Assembly: GCA_965215005.1 (NCBI GenBank)
Contig: CBDCCZ010000038.1
Location: 1-64,000 of the forward strand
DNA from: Kofleriaceae bacterium
GTDB taxonomy: Bacteria > Myxococcota_A > Polyangia > Haliangiales > Haliangiaceae
DNA length: 64,000 bases
Direction of reading: 5' to 3'
Shown piece after piece: positions 19,616 through 28,494 of this stretch (positions within the stretch are counted from its first letter, which is position 1; each line of letters opens with the position of its first letter). Under the pieces are notes generated by a model. It worked only from the letters and a program-made list of their open reading frames with translations. It had not been told where the DNA came from and did no database searches. The translations under genes were made by a program, and so were the position numbers.

Positions 19616-21424
19616 TTGACGCAAGTCTTCGACGCGACTGGTCTGTCTCGGACCGGGCGCTGCATGATGTTCGTAACGCTGGCGATAGCGGTCGCTGGGT
19701 GCACTGGCGGCCAAATCATCGAAGCGTCGGGAAGTGCCGACCCGAGCACCGTGGGCGGTAACCCGAGCAATGGCTCGGCGGATGACGGCACCTCGGGCGG
19801 CGGCGATGGGTCGGGCGACAGCCCCGGAACCGGCGGCGGCCCCGTCAATGGCTTCGATGAGCCGTGCATGACCTGCACCGCGGCGCTATTTCCGCAGGCG
19901 CCCACGCGCGGTCAAGTGCCCGTGAGCTTGCATCGCGTCGCCGGCGCCGCCGGACGGCAGATGGTCTCGTTTGGCGCGCCGTTTCCGCGCGGCGCGGTGA
20001 CCGACCTGGCCGCGATCACCATCCGCGACGCCGCTGGCAACGAGCTACCGGCGCGCATCGAAGAGCTCACGCGCTGGCGTCCCTATGGCGCCTCAGGCGG
20101 CGCGAGCTCGATTCGCGCGGCGCTCGTGCACGTCGAGGTCGACGTCTCGGCGCCCGAGTCGTACGTGTTCTTGCGCTGGGGCCAACGCGCGAGCCGTTCA
20201 CTCGGCAATCAGCCCGACCCCAAGAGCCGCTGGATTGCCGTTGCCGATGGCGAATATCCCGCAGCAATCCGCGAGCCGGCGGTTTACGCCACCTTCACCC
20301 CCGATTGGTTGGCGGGCTGTATGTTCCGCACCCGCACCGTGCAGCTCAACGACGATGCCGCCCTGTCATGGTTCGACGAGTCGATGATGGGCTTTGCGCA
20401 GACCGCGGTGAACGACGTGCCGGCGCAGGTGACCGAGCGAATCGACTATCAAAACGATGAAGCGCCGTGGCTGTTCGATCGCGCTCTCGCGCTCTTCAAT
20501 GTTTATGTGCGAACCGGTGAGGTGAAGTGGCTGCGGCATGCGCATCGCGCCGCGCAGTACTACGCCAGCCGTCTCAGCGATCGCGGCTACTTCAACTTCA
20601 AGAGCTACGACGACCTCAAGTACAGCTACGGCCACTCGCTGCTCGTCGACCTAATGCTCACCGGCGACCGCAGTCTGCTGCCCAAGATCGAGGCCGTGGG
20701 CCGTGCCGCTAACGACTGGACCGAGACCTACTCGATTGGGAGTCAGTTCTGGACCGAGCGGCATCACGCCTACGCGCTGCTCGCGGCGCTCGCTGCGTGG
20801 GAAGCCACCGGCAAAGCCACCTACGCCGCCCGCGCCGATGCAATCATGCGCGCCACCTACGCCCACGCCGCCAACCCGCCCGACGGCATGCCCAAAGACG
20901 GCTGCTTGCCCCATACCCGCCGCTCCCACGAAGGCGACGACATGGACGAGCCCGTGTGCTCCCCATGGATGACCGCGCTATTTGCCGATGCCGTGTGGCG
21001 CTATTGGCTGCACGCCCAAGACGACAAAGCCCTGCGTCTGCTCGCCGGTTTTGGCGATTGGATCAAGAACACTGCCCTCTACGACGGCAGCTACGAGCAG
21101 CTCGATTACATGGTTCCATACTACTTCGCCACCAGCACCTATCAAGGAACCGAAGGCGGCCCCTGGGCCGACGTCGAGCACACCTGCGACGTCGCCGGCA
21201 TGGTCGCCCGCGCAGCCTGGGCCAAAAAACGCCTCGGCACCGACGCCCGCGGTCTACAAGGCACACTCGATGCCCTCATGAAAGGATGCAAGTGGTCACT
21301 CGACTACTGGCATCGCCCCGATGGTCCCTCCTCGGGCAAAGCCGAATGGCGACTGTCGCCGCCACGCAAGTTCAACTGGTGGTTTGGCACTACCAGCGAT
21401 TTGCCCTGGCTACTGCAGCGCTAG
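19616..21424 (+). CDS. Lipoprotein with PcRGLX/YetA-like N-terminal barrel and probable (alpha/alpha) toroid domain (putative glycan-active enzyme)
   Basis: AAGGAG 8 nt before TTG 19616; AVAGC lipobox; Gly/Ser linker; VSFGAPFPRG...RDAAGNELPA...RW...SIRAALV; aromatic helical C-terminal domain (FWTERH, CSPWM). Confidence 0.55.
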   Translation: MTQVFDATGLSRTGRCMMFVTLAIAVAGCTGGQIIEASGSADPSTVGGNPSNGSADDGTSGGGDGSGDSPGTGGGPVNGFDEPCMTCTAALFPQAPTRGQVPVSLHRVAGAAGRQMVSFGAPFPRGAVTDLAAITIRDAAGNELPARIEELTRWRPYGASGGASSIRAALVHVEVDVSAPESYVFLRWGQRASRSLGNQPDPKSRWIAVADGEYPAAIREPAVYATFTPDWLAGCMFRTRTVQLNDDAALSWFDESMMGFAQTAVNDVPAQVTERIDYQNDEAPWLFDRALALFNVYVRTGEVKWLRHAHRAAQYYASRLSDRGYFNFKSYDDLKYSYGHSLLVDLMLTGDRSLLPKIEAVGRAANDWTETYSIGSQFWTERHHAYALLAALAAWEATGKATYAARADAIMRATYAHAANPPDGMPKDGCLPHTRRSHEGDDMDEPVCSPWMTALFADAVWRYWLHAQDDKALRLLAGFGDWIKNTALYDGSYEQLDYMVPYYFATSTYQGTEGGPWADVEHTCDVAGMVARAAWAKKRLGTDARGLQGTLDALMKGCKWSLDYWHRPDGPSSGKAEWRLSPPRKFNWWFGTTSDLPWLLQR

Positions 21425-21598
21425 CACTTCAACCACCTCTCGCCGCTCCGCGCGCCCCAGCGACGGAGCCCCGTCTCTTCATCCGCCGCGTCTCTGATCG
21501 CCGCGCCAGCTGAGTGCGGTGACCGCCGCTCAGTGTGGCAAAGGTCCCACCTAAGGAGGGATCGCGATGCCGGCGGGAGGCAGTAGACTCGAGGCGGA

Positions 21599-21778
21599 GT
21601 GAAAGACGACCGCAGCTTAGTGGACGCTAGTTTGGTGGCGGAAATGCTCCGACTGTCGCCGTTCGAGCGTCTTCGACAGAACGACCGCGCCATTGCCACG
21701 GTCATGGAGCTACGACGTGCCTTCGCAACCACCCGGTCTAACGACCCTGCTCGTCGAGCTCGCGGCCAGCGGCGTTGA
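21599..21778 (+). CDS. 59-aa putative antitoxin-like partner of the downstream nucleotidyltransferase (not in ORF track)
   Basis: GTG..TGA reads MKDDRSLVDASLVAEMLRLSPFERLRQNDRAIATVMELRRAFATTRSNDPARRARGQRR and overlaps the next gene. Confidence 0.55.
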   Translation: MKDDRSLVDASLVAEMLRLSPFERLRQNDRAIATVMELRRAFATTRSNDPARRARGQRR

Positions 21779-22196
21779 CTTTATTCTCGTTGGCGGGCTT
21801 GCGGCGGTCGCACAGGGCGCCCCGATCACCACCTTCGACGTGGATATCGTGCACGCTCGTGTGCCCGACAACATCAGTCGGCTCGTCGAGTTCCTCACCC
21901 GAGTCAACGCACGCTACCGCGGCCGACCCGGCGGTGAACCTCTTCCGCCCTCGCGCAGGGCTCTCGAAGGTCTCGGCCACTCGCTGCTTATGACCGACCT
22001 CGGTCCGCTCGACGCTCTCGGCGCAATTGAGGGAGGGCGCTCATTCGACGAGCTCTTGCCCGACAGTGTGCCCCTCGAGCTCGAAGGCCATAGGGTGCGC
22101 GTGCTCGGCCTGCTTCGGCGGAGGGTTAGAAGGCGTAGCCGAATCGGAGATAGCCGTTGCCGAAGATCTTATCCTCGCCCGCTTCGTAGTCACTAG
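21717..22196 (+). pseudogene. Nucleotidyltransferase (Pol-beta-like, TA-type), apparently 3'-truncated
   Basis: GGAG then GTG 21717; FILVGGLAAVAQG....TFDVDIV, TDLGPLD. After RVRVLGL (~22110) the frame runs antisense into the convergent gene without the usual LI..K...R.KD helix. Confidence 0.55.
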
Positions 22197-22713
22197 AGAA
22201 GTCGTCTTCCTCCTCATAAATGAGGTTGCGACCAACACCCAATGCCAACGAAATGTTGAGCCCGCTGTCGAAGAACCAGTGATAGCCGAGCAGCACCTCC
22301 GGTCCGGCGGTGGCCGGAGCGTCGATATCGAACTCGCGAACGATGATGCCTGGTTCGAGGAAGACGCCCGAATACATCTTCTTGAAGTAAATCGGGACGC
22401 TCAAGTTGAGCTCATAGCCGCGCGAGTTCGAATCGACTTCATTGTAGAAGGTGCCATCGACGCGAAGCGCCACGCGGTTGGTTAGCGCCGCGCTGCCGGA
22501 CGCGCTGTAGATGCCAATGAGGGCGCCGAACGGATTGGTCGAAAGGTTGTAGCGTGGATAGCCATAGCGATAGCGGTTATGATTACCGACCTCTACGAGG
22601 TCCCCTTCGACTTTAGAGACGTCGGGATCCGTGTCGGCCTGAGGCTGCGCGTGCGCCGCGGTGGCGGCGACGACAATAGTGGCAATGCTAGCGAGTGCGG
22701 TGAAGTGTTTCAT
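22126..22713 (-). CDS. Outer-membrane beta-barrel protein (DUF3575-like)
   Basis: AGGAGG RBS; signal peptide ending AHA; LSTNPFG; alternating beta pattern; terminal YLRFGYAF. Confidence 0.75.
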   Translation of the reverse strand: MKHFTALASIATIVVAATAAHAQPQADTDPDVSKVEGDLVEVGNHNRYRYGYPRYNLSTNPFGALIGIYSASGSAALTNRVALRVDGTFYNEVDSNSRGYELNLSVPIYFKKMYSGVFLEPGIIVREFDIDAPATAGPEVLLGYHWFFDSGLNISLALGVGRNLIYEEEDDFSSDYEAGEDKIFGNGYLRFGYAF

Positions 22714-22879
22714 ACGAGACCTCCTGGTCGTCTGGCTGTAGAGCAAGGTCGAGGCCACGCGACTCCCGTCGCGGATTTAGAGTCCGCTGCCGTTCGTTGC
22801 CACCATTTCCGTGTCTGTGCCCACAGGTCGTCGATCTTTCGGCGCTGGGAGAGCTGACATCGGTGTCAGCTTTCCGCCG

Positions 22880-23121
22880 CTAAACCAAAGTAGCTGCCGC
22901 GCGGAAGCACCTCTGACCGCACTCGGTGCAGGCCGCGGCCTCGCTCAGGATGCGCTCTTTGTCCGCGGCACTGACAGGCGCGCGGACCGAGGTCGTGATC
23001 GGGCGACGCCACGACCTCGGTCTCACTGCTCTTCGGTTTCGGCACGCGGCTGCTCATTGCCACGGGGCCAGGTGCGCCTCTAGGTCTAGAGAACAACGCT
23101 ACTGTTGGTATAGCGTTTACA
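22880..23121 (-). mobile_element. Possible IS3-family OrfA relic (frameshifted fragment)
   Basis: Minus strand reads ATG 23057 MSSRVPKPKSSETEVVASP, then in another frame APVSAADKERILSEAAACTECGQ, resembling the EV...RR.F.A.YK.RIL.EADAC..PG start of IS3-type OrfA. A TG-starting possible end lies at 23121. Confidence 0.4.
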
Positions 23122-23146
23122 ACCAGACCGCCGATTGAGGTGCAGC

Positions 23147-23374
23147 ATGAAAAACGAGGTAAAGCTCACGTTCTCGCCAGGAGACCGCGTCCTTCTCGAC
23201 TCTAGTGGCGAGTGCGGGATCGTCGTCCACACCTGGGCGTGCGAGGAATTCGACGAGGATTGCTACGTGGCGTTCTTCGGGGACCGCTTTCCGCTAGCTG
23301 ACGAAGCTCCGAGCAAGCCATACATCTTGCGTTACTTCGCGACCTCGCTCCGGCCGTACCACGAACATAAATGA
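23147..23374 (+). CDS. Small hypothetical protein (75 aa)
   Basis: GAGG RBS and ATG 23147; FSPGDRVLL...GIVVHTW...YVAFFG suggests a small SH3/KOW-like barrel. Confidence 0.6.
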   Translation: MKNEVKLTFSPGDRVLLDSSGECGIVVHTWACEEFDEDCYVAFFGDRFPLADEAPSKPYILRYFATSLRPYHEHK

Positions 23375-23516
23375 GGTGCGCGACGATCGGGTGTGCGACC
23401 GTGACAACCCAGGTTAGAGTCTTTCGCTTCGTGTCTGGGGCGTAACTAGTGAGGCAAGGGTGGCGGAGGCGAACCACCGCCGTCGCTTCTTGGACAGGAT
23501 TATGAGGAAAAATATT

Positions 23517-23942
23517 ATGCTTGAAGGCAAGACCTTGCGAGTTGCACGCCCAACTGATCAATTAGAGCAAGTCGTGGAATTCTATACAGACGGGTTAGGA
23601 TTGGAGGTTCTTTGTCGGTTTGAGAACCATGAGGGGTTCGATGGTGCAATGGTTGGGATCTCAGGTGCGCCTTACCACTTTGAGTTCACGCAGCATCGGG
23701 GGCATGTTGTAGGCCGTGCTCCAACGCAAGATAATCTGATTGTCTTTTACCTTCCGGATCAGCAAGAATGGCAACGCTCTATTGATCGAATGAAGGCGAG
23801 CGGATACCAGCCTGTAAAATCCTACAATCCTTACTGGGACAAGAATGGAGTAACGTTTGAGGATCCCGACGGGTACCGCGTGGTACTGCAAAACGGCTGT
23901 TGGGAGGCCGCGGGGGAAGGGGAACCAGCTAGGACCGATTAG
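23517..23942 (+). CDS. VOC/glyoxalase family protein (YycE-like), low GC
   Basis: LRVARPTD.L....FY..GLGL, H.GFDG.M.G, YHFEFT, DNL.VFY, NPYW...G.TFEDPDGYRVVL. Two 60-nt lines counted gave 47-48% GC. Confidence 0.88.
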   Translation: MLEGKTLRVARPTDQLEQVVEFYTDGLGLEVLCRFENHEGFDGAMVGISGAPYHFEFTQHRGHVVGRAPTQDNLIVFYLPDQQEWQRSIDRMKASGYQPVKSYNPYWDKNGVTFEDPDGYRVVLQNGCWEAAGEGEPARTD

Positions 23943-24125
23943 GGTCGCGACGAATCTTGCGAGGCATGCAGCGAGCTCGTAGCGAGATGCTCGATTTCGA
24001 TGCATCGAGAGTGCGAGCGCTCTGCTCAATGCTTCGTTGTTGAGAGCGTAGTAACCACGGCGAAGCTAACTGTTGCCATGCGCGGAATGTTGCTCGGCGA
24101 TCGAGCAAGCGCGTAGGGTGGTTCG

Positions 24126-24602
24126 ATGCGACGGCGTGTGCGGGTCTGCAATGGATTACGGGCCGCTTTTGGGTTCTTCCTTCTGAGTTGCCAGGGGGCG
24201 CCGGTGGTGCGGCCGGTGGCGCGGCCGGCTGTGAATCAGGCGTCGGGTGTTGAGGAAGTCGCGGCACCGCTGGACGCTGGGTCGGTCTTGAGCGAGGTCG
24301 AAGCGCGGCTGGAGCTCGGGGCGCGGTTTCGCGCGGTTGGGCTGCGTATGTTGGATGATCAGCGGGTTTCTGGTCCGGGGTATGAGCTGACGGTGGATGG
24401 GTTTGACCCCGAGCGCGGGGTGGGGTTCGAGTACGTCGCGATTACCGAGCGCGGGCTCGATGTCACGGCGGCCGAGCGGGACGCGGTCGCTGCCGATGCG
24501 TCGCGGCGGATCCTGATCATCGAGGCCACGGATGGTGCGTCGCTAGAGGCCGCTGCGCGGCAATTCTTGGAGGCGCTGCCGCGGCTGGAGACTCAGCCGT
24601 AG
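24126..24602 (+). CDS. Hypothetical lipoprotein
   Basis: FFLLSC lipobox-like leader; [17 protein letters not shown] core. Confidence 0.5.
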   Translation: MRRRVRVCNGLRAAFGFFLLSCQGAPVVRPVARPAVNQASGVEEVAAPLDAGSVLSEVEARLELGARFRAVGLRMLDDQRVSGPGYELTVDGFDPERGVGFEYVAITERGLDVTAAERDAVAADASRRILIIEATDGASLEAAARQFLEALPRLETQP

Positions 24603-25288
24603 CGGGTAGGATCGGCGATTCCAGCCTCTGAGAAACCTTTTTTGCGCAGCAGGCAAGCATCGCATCGTCCGCATGCGCCACTAGGCGATGGATCGTAGCA
24701 AGAGTGGGTCATGCCGTAGTCGACACCCAGCTCGGTTCCGGCGGCGATGATTTCGGCTTTGCTCCACTCGATGAGGGGCGCGTGTATTCGGTACTTGCCG
24801 CCGCCGACTCCAGCGCGCGTCGCAACGTTGGCCAACTCTTCGAAGGCTTTGACGAAGGCGGGGCGGCAATCGGGGTAGCCGCTGGCATCGAGAACGTTGA
24901 CGCCGATGAACAGGTCGAACGCGCCAACGCTTTCCGCCCACGCCAGTGCCAGCGACAGCAGCACGGTGTTCCGCGCCGGAACGTAAGTAGGCGGTACGTC
25001 GCCTTCGGCGCCGATGACGGCGAGGCTGCGATCTTTGGGCACTGCGATCGCATCCGAGGTCAATGCCGATGGTGCAACGGCGCGCAAGTCGAGCTCGAGG
25101 ATGCGGTGCGCCGTGGCGCCAAGCGCGGCAGCGACGCGAGTTGCCGCGCCTAGCTCCTGCTCGTGGAGCTGGCCGTAGCGCACGGTGAGCGCATAGCACG
25201 CATAGCCCGCGTGCCGCGCGATGGCGAGGGTGGTCGTGGAGTCGAGGCCCCCCGAGAGGAGAATGATCGCCTTTGGCTGGCCGCTCAT
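24593..25288 (-). CDS. queC: 7-cyano-7-deazaguanine synthase
   Basis: LSGGLDS, YGQ.H..E, TYVPARN, GYPDCRP, SCY...CGRCDAC.LR. Confidence 0.95.
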   Translation of the reverse strand: MSGQPKAIILLSGGLDSTTTLAIARHAGYACYALTVRYGQLHEQELGAATRVAAALGATAHRILELDLRAVAPSALTSDAIAVPKDRSLAVIGAEGDVPPTYVPARNTVLLSLALAWAESVGAFDLFIGVNVLDASGYPDCRPAFVKAFEELANVATRAGVGGGKYRIHAPLIEWSKAEIIAAGTELGVDYGMTHSCYDPSPSGACGRCDACLLRKKGFSEAGIADPTRYG

Positions 25289-25389
25289 GGGCGGCTTTTA
25301 GCACCGCCGAGCCCGAAGTTGTAGAGCCTGCTGAAGGTGGCCCGCGTCATCAACGGCTGATGACCGCAGAACCGTTGTAGGGTGGCGCG

Positions 25390-26898
25390 ATGACGTCGGC
25401 CGAGGCGCGCGCCCGCTGGGCGAGTTGGCTGCTCGTCGCGCTGCTCATTGGCTGGTCGGGCTGGATGCGCTGGCGGCTCCTGAGCAGCTCGCCGTTTCCG
25501 CTGGGCGTCGATGGCTACTTCTATCCGGTGCAGCTCCGTTCGATCTTGACGACAGGGCGACTCTATTACCCGTCTGCACCGCTGGCGCTATACGCGCTGG
25601 CGCCGCTAGCTGCGGCGACCGACCCCATCATTGGCGCCAAGCTCGGCTCGGCGCTGGCGGGTGCTTTGCTCGCCGTACCGATGTATGTTCTCGGTCATCG
25701 AATTGGCGCTAATCGTGCTGCCGGCGTGCTCGCGGCGGCCTTGGCGACCACCAGCACGATGTCGATGTACTTATCGGTCGAATTCGTCAAGAATTTGCTG
25801 GGGCTGGTGCTCGTCGCGAGCTATTTAGCGACACTCGGATGGGCCCTGCAAACGCCGAGCATGCGGCGTGCTGCAATCACCCTGGTCGTCTTGTTTGCGG
25901 CGATGGCGACGCATCCCACCGCGGCCGCGTTGGTGCTGGTGACCTCGATGCCGCCGCTCATCGTTGCCTGGCGTCGGGGGCTTTGGAGTCCGCCGCGTCG
26001 CTGGCTCGGGCTGCTCGGTGCATTCCTCGCAGCCTGGCTCGTCCTGGCGCTCGCGACCCCAACGTTGATACCAGCAGCGCCGCCGCTGCGACTGCTCGGC
26101 AGCTTGGTGGGGCAGCGCTGGGACTTCACGATTCCCGTCTTGCATGGGCCTGGCCAGGCGCTTCGGCTTGGTCACGAGGCGCTGCTCGCCGCGGTGGTAT
26201 CGCTTCTGGCATTGCTCACGCTGCTCGCGCCAGTAGCTATCAATGATCAAACGAGCGAGCCACGGCGAAGCGTCGACCGCGCGCTCGTCATCGGGCCAGC
26301 GCTCGTAGCCGTCGGCGCGGGGCTGCCGTTTCTCGACGTAACCGATCCCGCCGGGCTGGGATTTCGGCTGCGGCTGCTGACGTTTGTGCCGCTAGCGCTC
26401 TCCGCCGCGCTGCTGGCCGGCATCGCACTACGCCGCTGCAGTGGCGCGATGGGAGTGGCCGCGGTGATCATCATTGCGCTGGCGTGGGTGCTCACGCGCC
26501 CGCCTGGGCCGGTGGAAGGCATCGTTCGCACCGACCCTGTCATGCAAGCCGCGGTGCGCTCGATTTCTGGCCTCACCACGGACGACGCGGTGGTCATCGT
26601 ACCGAGCCGCCAGCTGGTGTTCATGACCACTTGGTACACTGCTATCCCAACGCGGCTCACACCGAGCGCTGTCGCTATCGAGCGCCGCTGGCGCCTTCTT
26701 CCGCGTGCCTTCATCAGCGACTCGCTTGCCGCTGTATTGCAAACCGCGCACGAGGCGCCGGCGATCGAGCGCCCGTATCGTCTGCATCCACGCCACCCCA
26801 ACGGGCTGGTGTTGATGTCTGAGGCGACGTGGCAGTGGGCGCTGGCGCAACTTCCCGCCGATGAGCAGCGCCGCTACCGGCGTTGGCCAACCATTTGA
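25390..26898 (+). CDS. Polytopic membrane protein, GT-C glycosyltransferase-like
   Basis: Many TM segments; first loop PLGVDGYFY, ATHP motif; soluble C-terminal domain. Confidence 0.55.
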   Translation: MTSAEARARWASWLLVALLIGWSGWMRWRLLSSSPFPLGVDGYFYPVQLRSILTTGRLYYPSAPLALYALAPLAAATDPIIGAKLGSALAGALLAVPMYVLGHRIGANRAAGVLAAALATTSTMSMYLSVEFVKNLLGLVLVASYLATLGWALQTPSMRRAAITLVVLFAAMATHPTAAALVLVTSMPPLIVAWRRGLWSPPRRWLGLLGAFLAAWLVLALATPTLIPAAPPLRLLGSLVGQRWDFTIPVLHGPGQALRLGHEALLAAVVSLLALLTLLAPVAINDQTSEPRRSVDRALVIGPALVAVGAGLPFLDVTDPAGLGFRLRLLTFVPLALSAALLAGIALRRCSGAMGVAAVIIIALAWVLTRPPGPVEGIVRTDPVMQAAVRSISGLTTDDAVVIVPSRQLVFMTTWYTAIPTRLTPSAVAIERRWRLLPRAFISDSLAAVLQTAHEAPAIERPYRLHPRHPNGLVLMSEATWQWALAQLPADEQRRYRRWPTI

Positions 26899-27533
26899 GC
26901 ACGCGTGCCGGTACCCACCAGGGCGAGCCGGCGTGACACCACGGTTGCCTCAGCGCTCTCGAAACCGGCGTCGCGCAGCGCGCGCTGAAGGGCGCGGCGC
27001 GAAAATCGACTTGGATGGATTCCGCGGCGGGTGAAGCCAGAGCGGCGCGCAACTAGCTCGAGAGCGGTGCGCTCGAGTAACGGCAGCCAAATCTCGCCGT
27101 AATTGGGAGTGCTCAGCCACAGGCGTCCGCCGGGCACGAGAAGCTCGCGCAAGCCGTTTAAGTAGTGTCGCCAGGCGAGGATGTGCTCGATGACTTCTTT
27201 GGCGTAAATCGCGTGAAATGGGCCCCCCACCGCCCGCGGCGGCGCCTCGGGCTCGACCACGTGACCTGCGATGATGCGCGCGTCATTGCGACGGAGCACC
27301 GCATCGACGGCTCGCGCATCGATATCGGCGATCACGAAACGCATGCCGGCCGGCGCGCGATCAAGCTCCTGCATCAAACCGCAGCCGATGACGAGAACCT
27401 GCGGCTCGTCGGCGGTCGCGGCAACCTCGGCTAAAAACCGCGACAGGCTGGCTTCGAGAGGGCCGTGGTAGAGCGACCAGGGAAACCTGCGAGCACGGGC
27501 GTGGTTGGCGAAGTAGTCGCGATCGGGCGGCAT
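26874..27533 (-). CDS. Class I SAM-dependent methyltransferase
   Basis: LVIGCG, IADID, EVIEHI, LVPGGRLWLSTPN. Confidence 0.85.
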   Translation of the reverse strand: MPPDRDYFANHARARRFPWSLYHGPLEASLSRFLAEVAATADEPQVLVIGCGLMQELDRAPAGMRFVIADIDARAVDAVLRRNDARIIAGHVVEPEAPPRAVGGPFHAIYAKEVIEHILAWRHYLNGLRELLVPGGRLWLSTPNYGEIWLPLLERTALELVARRSGFTRRGIHPSRFSRRALQRALRDAGFESAEATVVSRRLALVGTGTRAQMVGQRR

Positions 27534-27545
27534 TTTGAGCGTTGG

Positions 27546-28442
27546 CTAGCTCGCCTCGGCGACGATGGCGAACTCGTAGGCATGTTGCGAGGTCACGGGT
27601 ACGAACGGTTCGGCAACGGCGCCCGCGAGAGTCTCGACCAGTGGCGCCAGAACGCGGTCGGGCAGCCAGCGATTGAGGCGGCTGGGATAGACGCCAATGG
27701 CTGATTTGACCAGAAACTGCACGTAAGCGGGCGGCAGGAGCGCGCGAAACAGAAACTCGGCGCGCGGGTTGCCGAGCCCCTCGGCGCGCACGATCTTCCA
27801 GCCGTTGCGCGCCAGCACGCCGCTCCACAGGGGAACGTCGTAGAGGTGCCAGTGCTGAAAGAAGCCGTTCATGGCACCGGAGAACGCCATTGCGATCCGC
27901 GGCGCCGCGGACAGCAGCGCTTTCTGCATTCGTCCCTGATACCCCCACTGCGGCGCGGGCACGAACAGCACCAGGCGAGCGTCATCGCTGGCGGCCTCAC
28001 GGAGGTTTCGCAGTGCGCTGTCGATGTCGCGGACATGCTCGAGCGAGCAGTTGCCAACGATGCTTTGAAACTGCAGCGGAGCGAGCGGACGCTCGGCAGA
28101 GATATCCGCATAGCTCGCCTTGATGCGGGTTTGCGCCGCGGCTATCTCGCGGCGCGAGATGTCGATGCCATAGATATCAAGTCCGTCGGTGTCGCGCAGC
28201 GTCCACCAAAAGCCATCACCGCAACCGACATCGAGGACCGGTGTTCGCCGCGGCTGGTCTACTTCGAGAAGCTCCACCGCGACGAGTCGATGCAGCTCAC
28301 GCAAGCACAGCGATAGCGGCGCCTGCCGGAGGTACGCCAGACTCCACGCGCGGATGCGGCGCGGATCAAGCGCGGCTCGACTCGCTGGCGCATCCGCTGG
28401 CGCAAGGACCACGCGATCCGGAGAATCGGGAGCCGACTGCAT
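27546..28442 (-). CDS. Class I SAM-dependent methyltransferase
   Basis: VLDVGCGDG, GIDIS, NCSLEHV. Start ATG 28442 inferred. Confidence 0.85.
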   Translation of the reverse strand: MQSAPDSPDRVVLAPADAPASRAALDPRRIRAWSLAYLRQAPLSLCLRELHRLVAVELLEVDQPRRTPVLDVGCGDGFWWTLRDTDGLDIYGIDISRREIAAAQTRIKASYADISAERPLAPLQFQSIVGNCSLEHVRDIDSALRNLREAASDDARLVLFVPAPQWGYQGRMQKALLSAAPRIAMAFSGAMNGFFQHWHLYDVPLWSGVLARNGWKIVRAEGLGNPRAEFLFRALLPPAYVQFLVKSAIGVYPSRLNRWLPDRVLAPLVETLAGAVAEPFVPVTSQHAYEFAIVAEAS

Positions 28443-28494
28443 TGGCCGAGGGTACACCGAAGCGGCTGGCTGCTCTGCATGGGCGCGGCGCAGA

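Noticed and set aside
24593..25288. queC as part of a 7-deazaguanine DNA-modification or QatC-type defence system
   Set aside because: Canonical length and motifs, with no dpd or qat partner genes nearby; housekeeping queuosine synthesis is the simpler reading.
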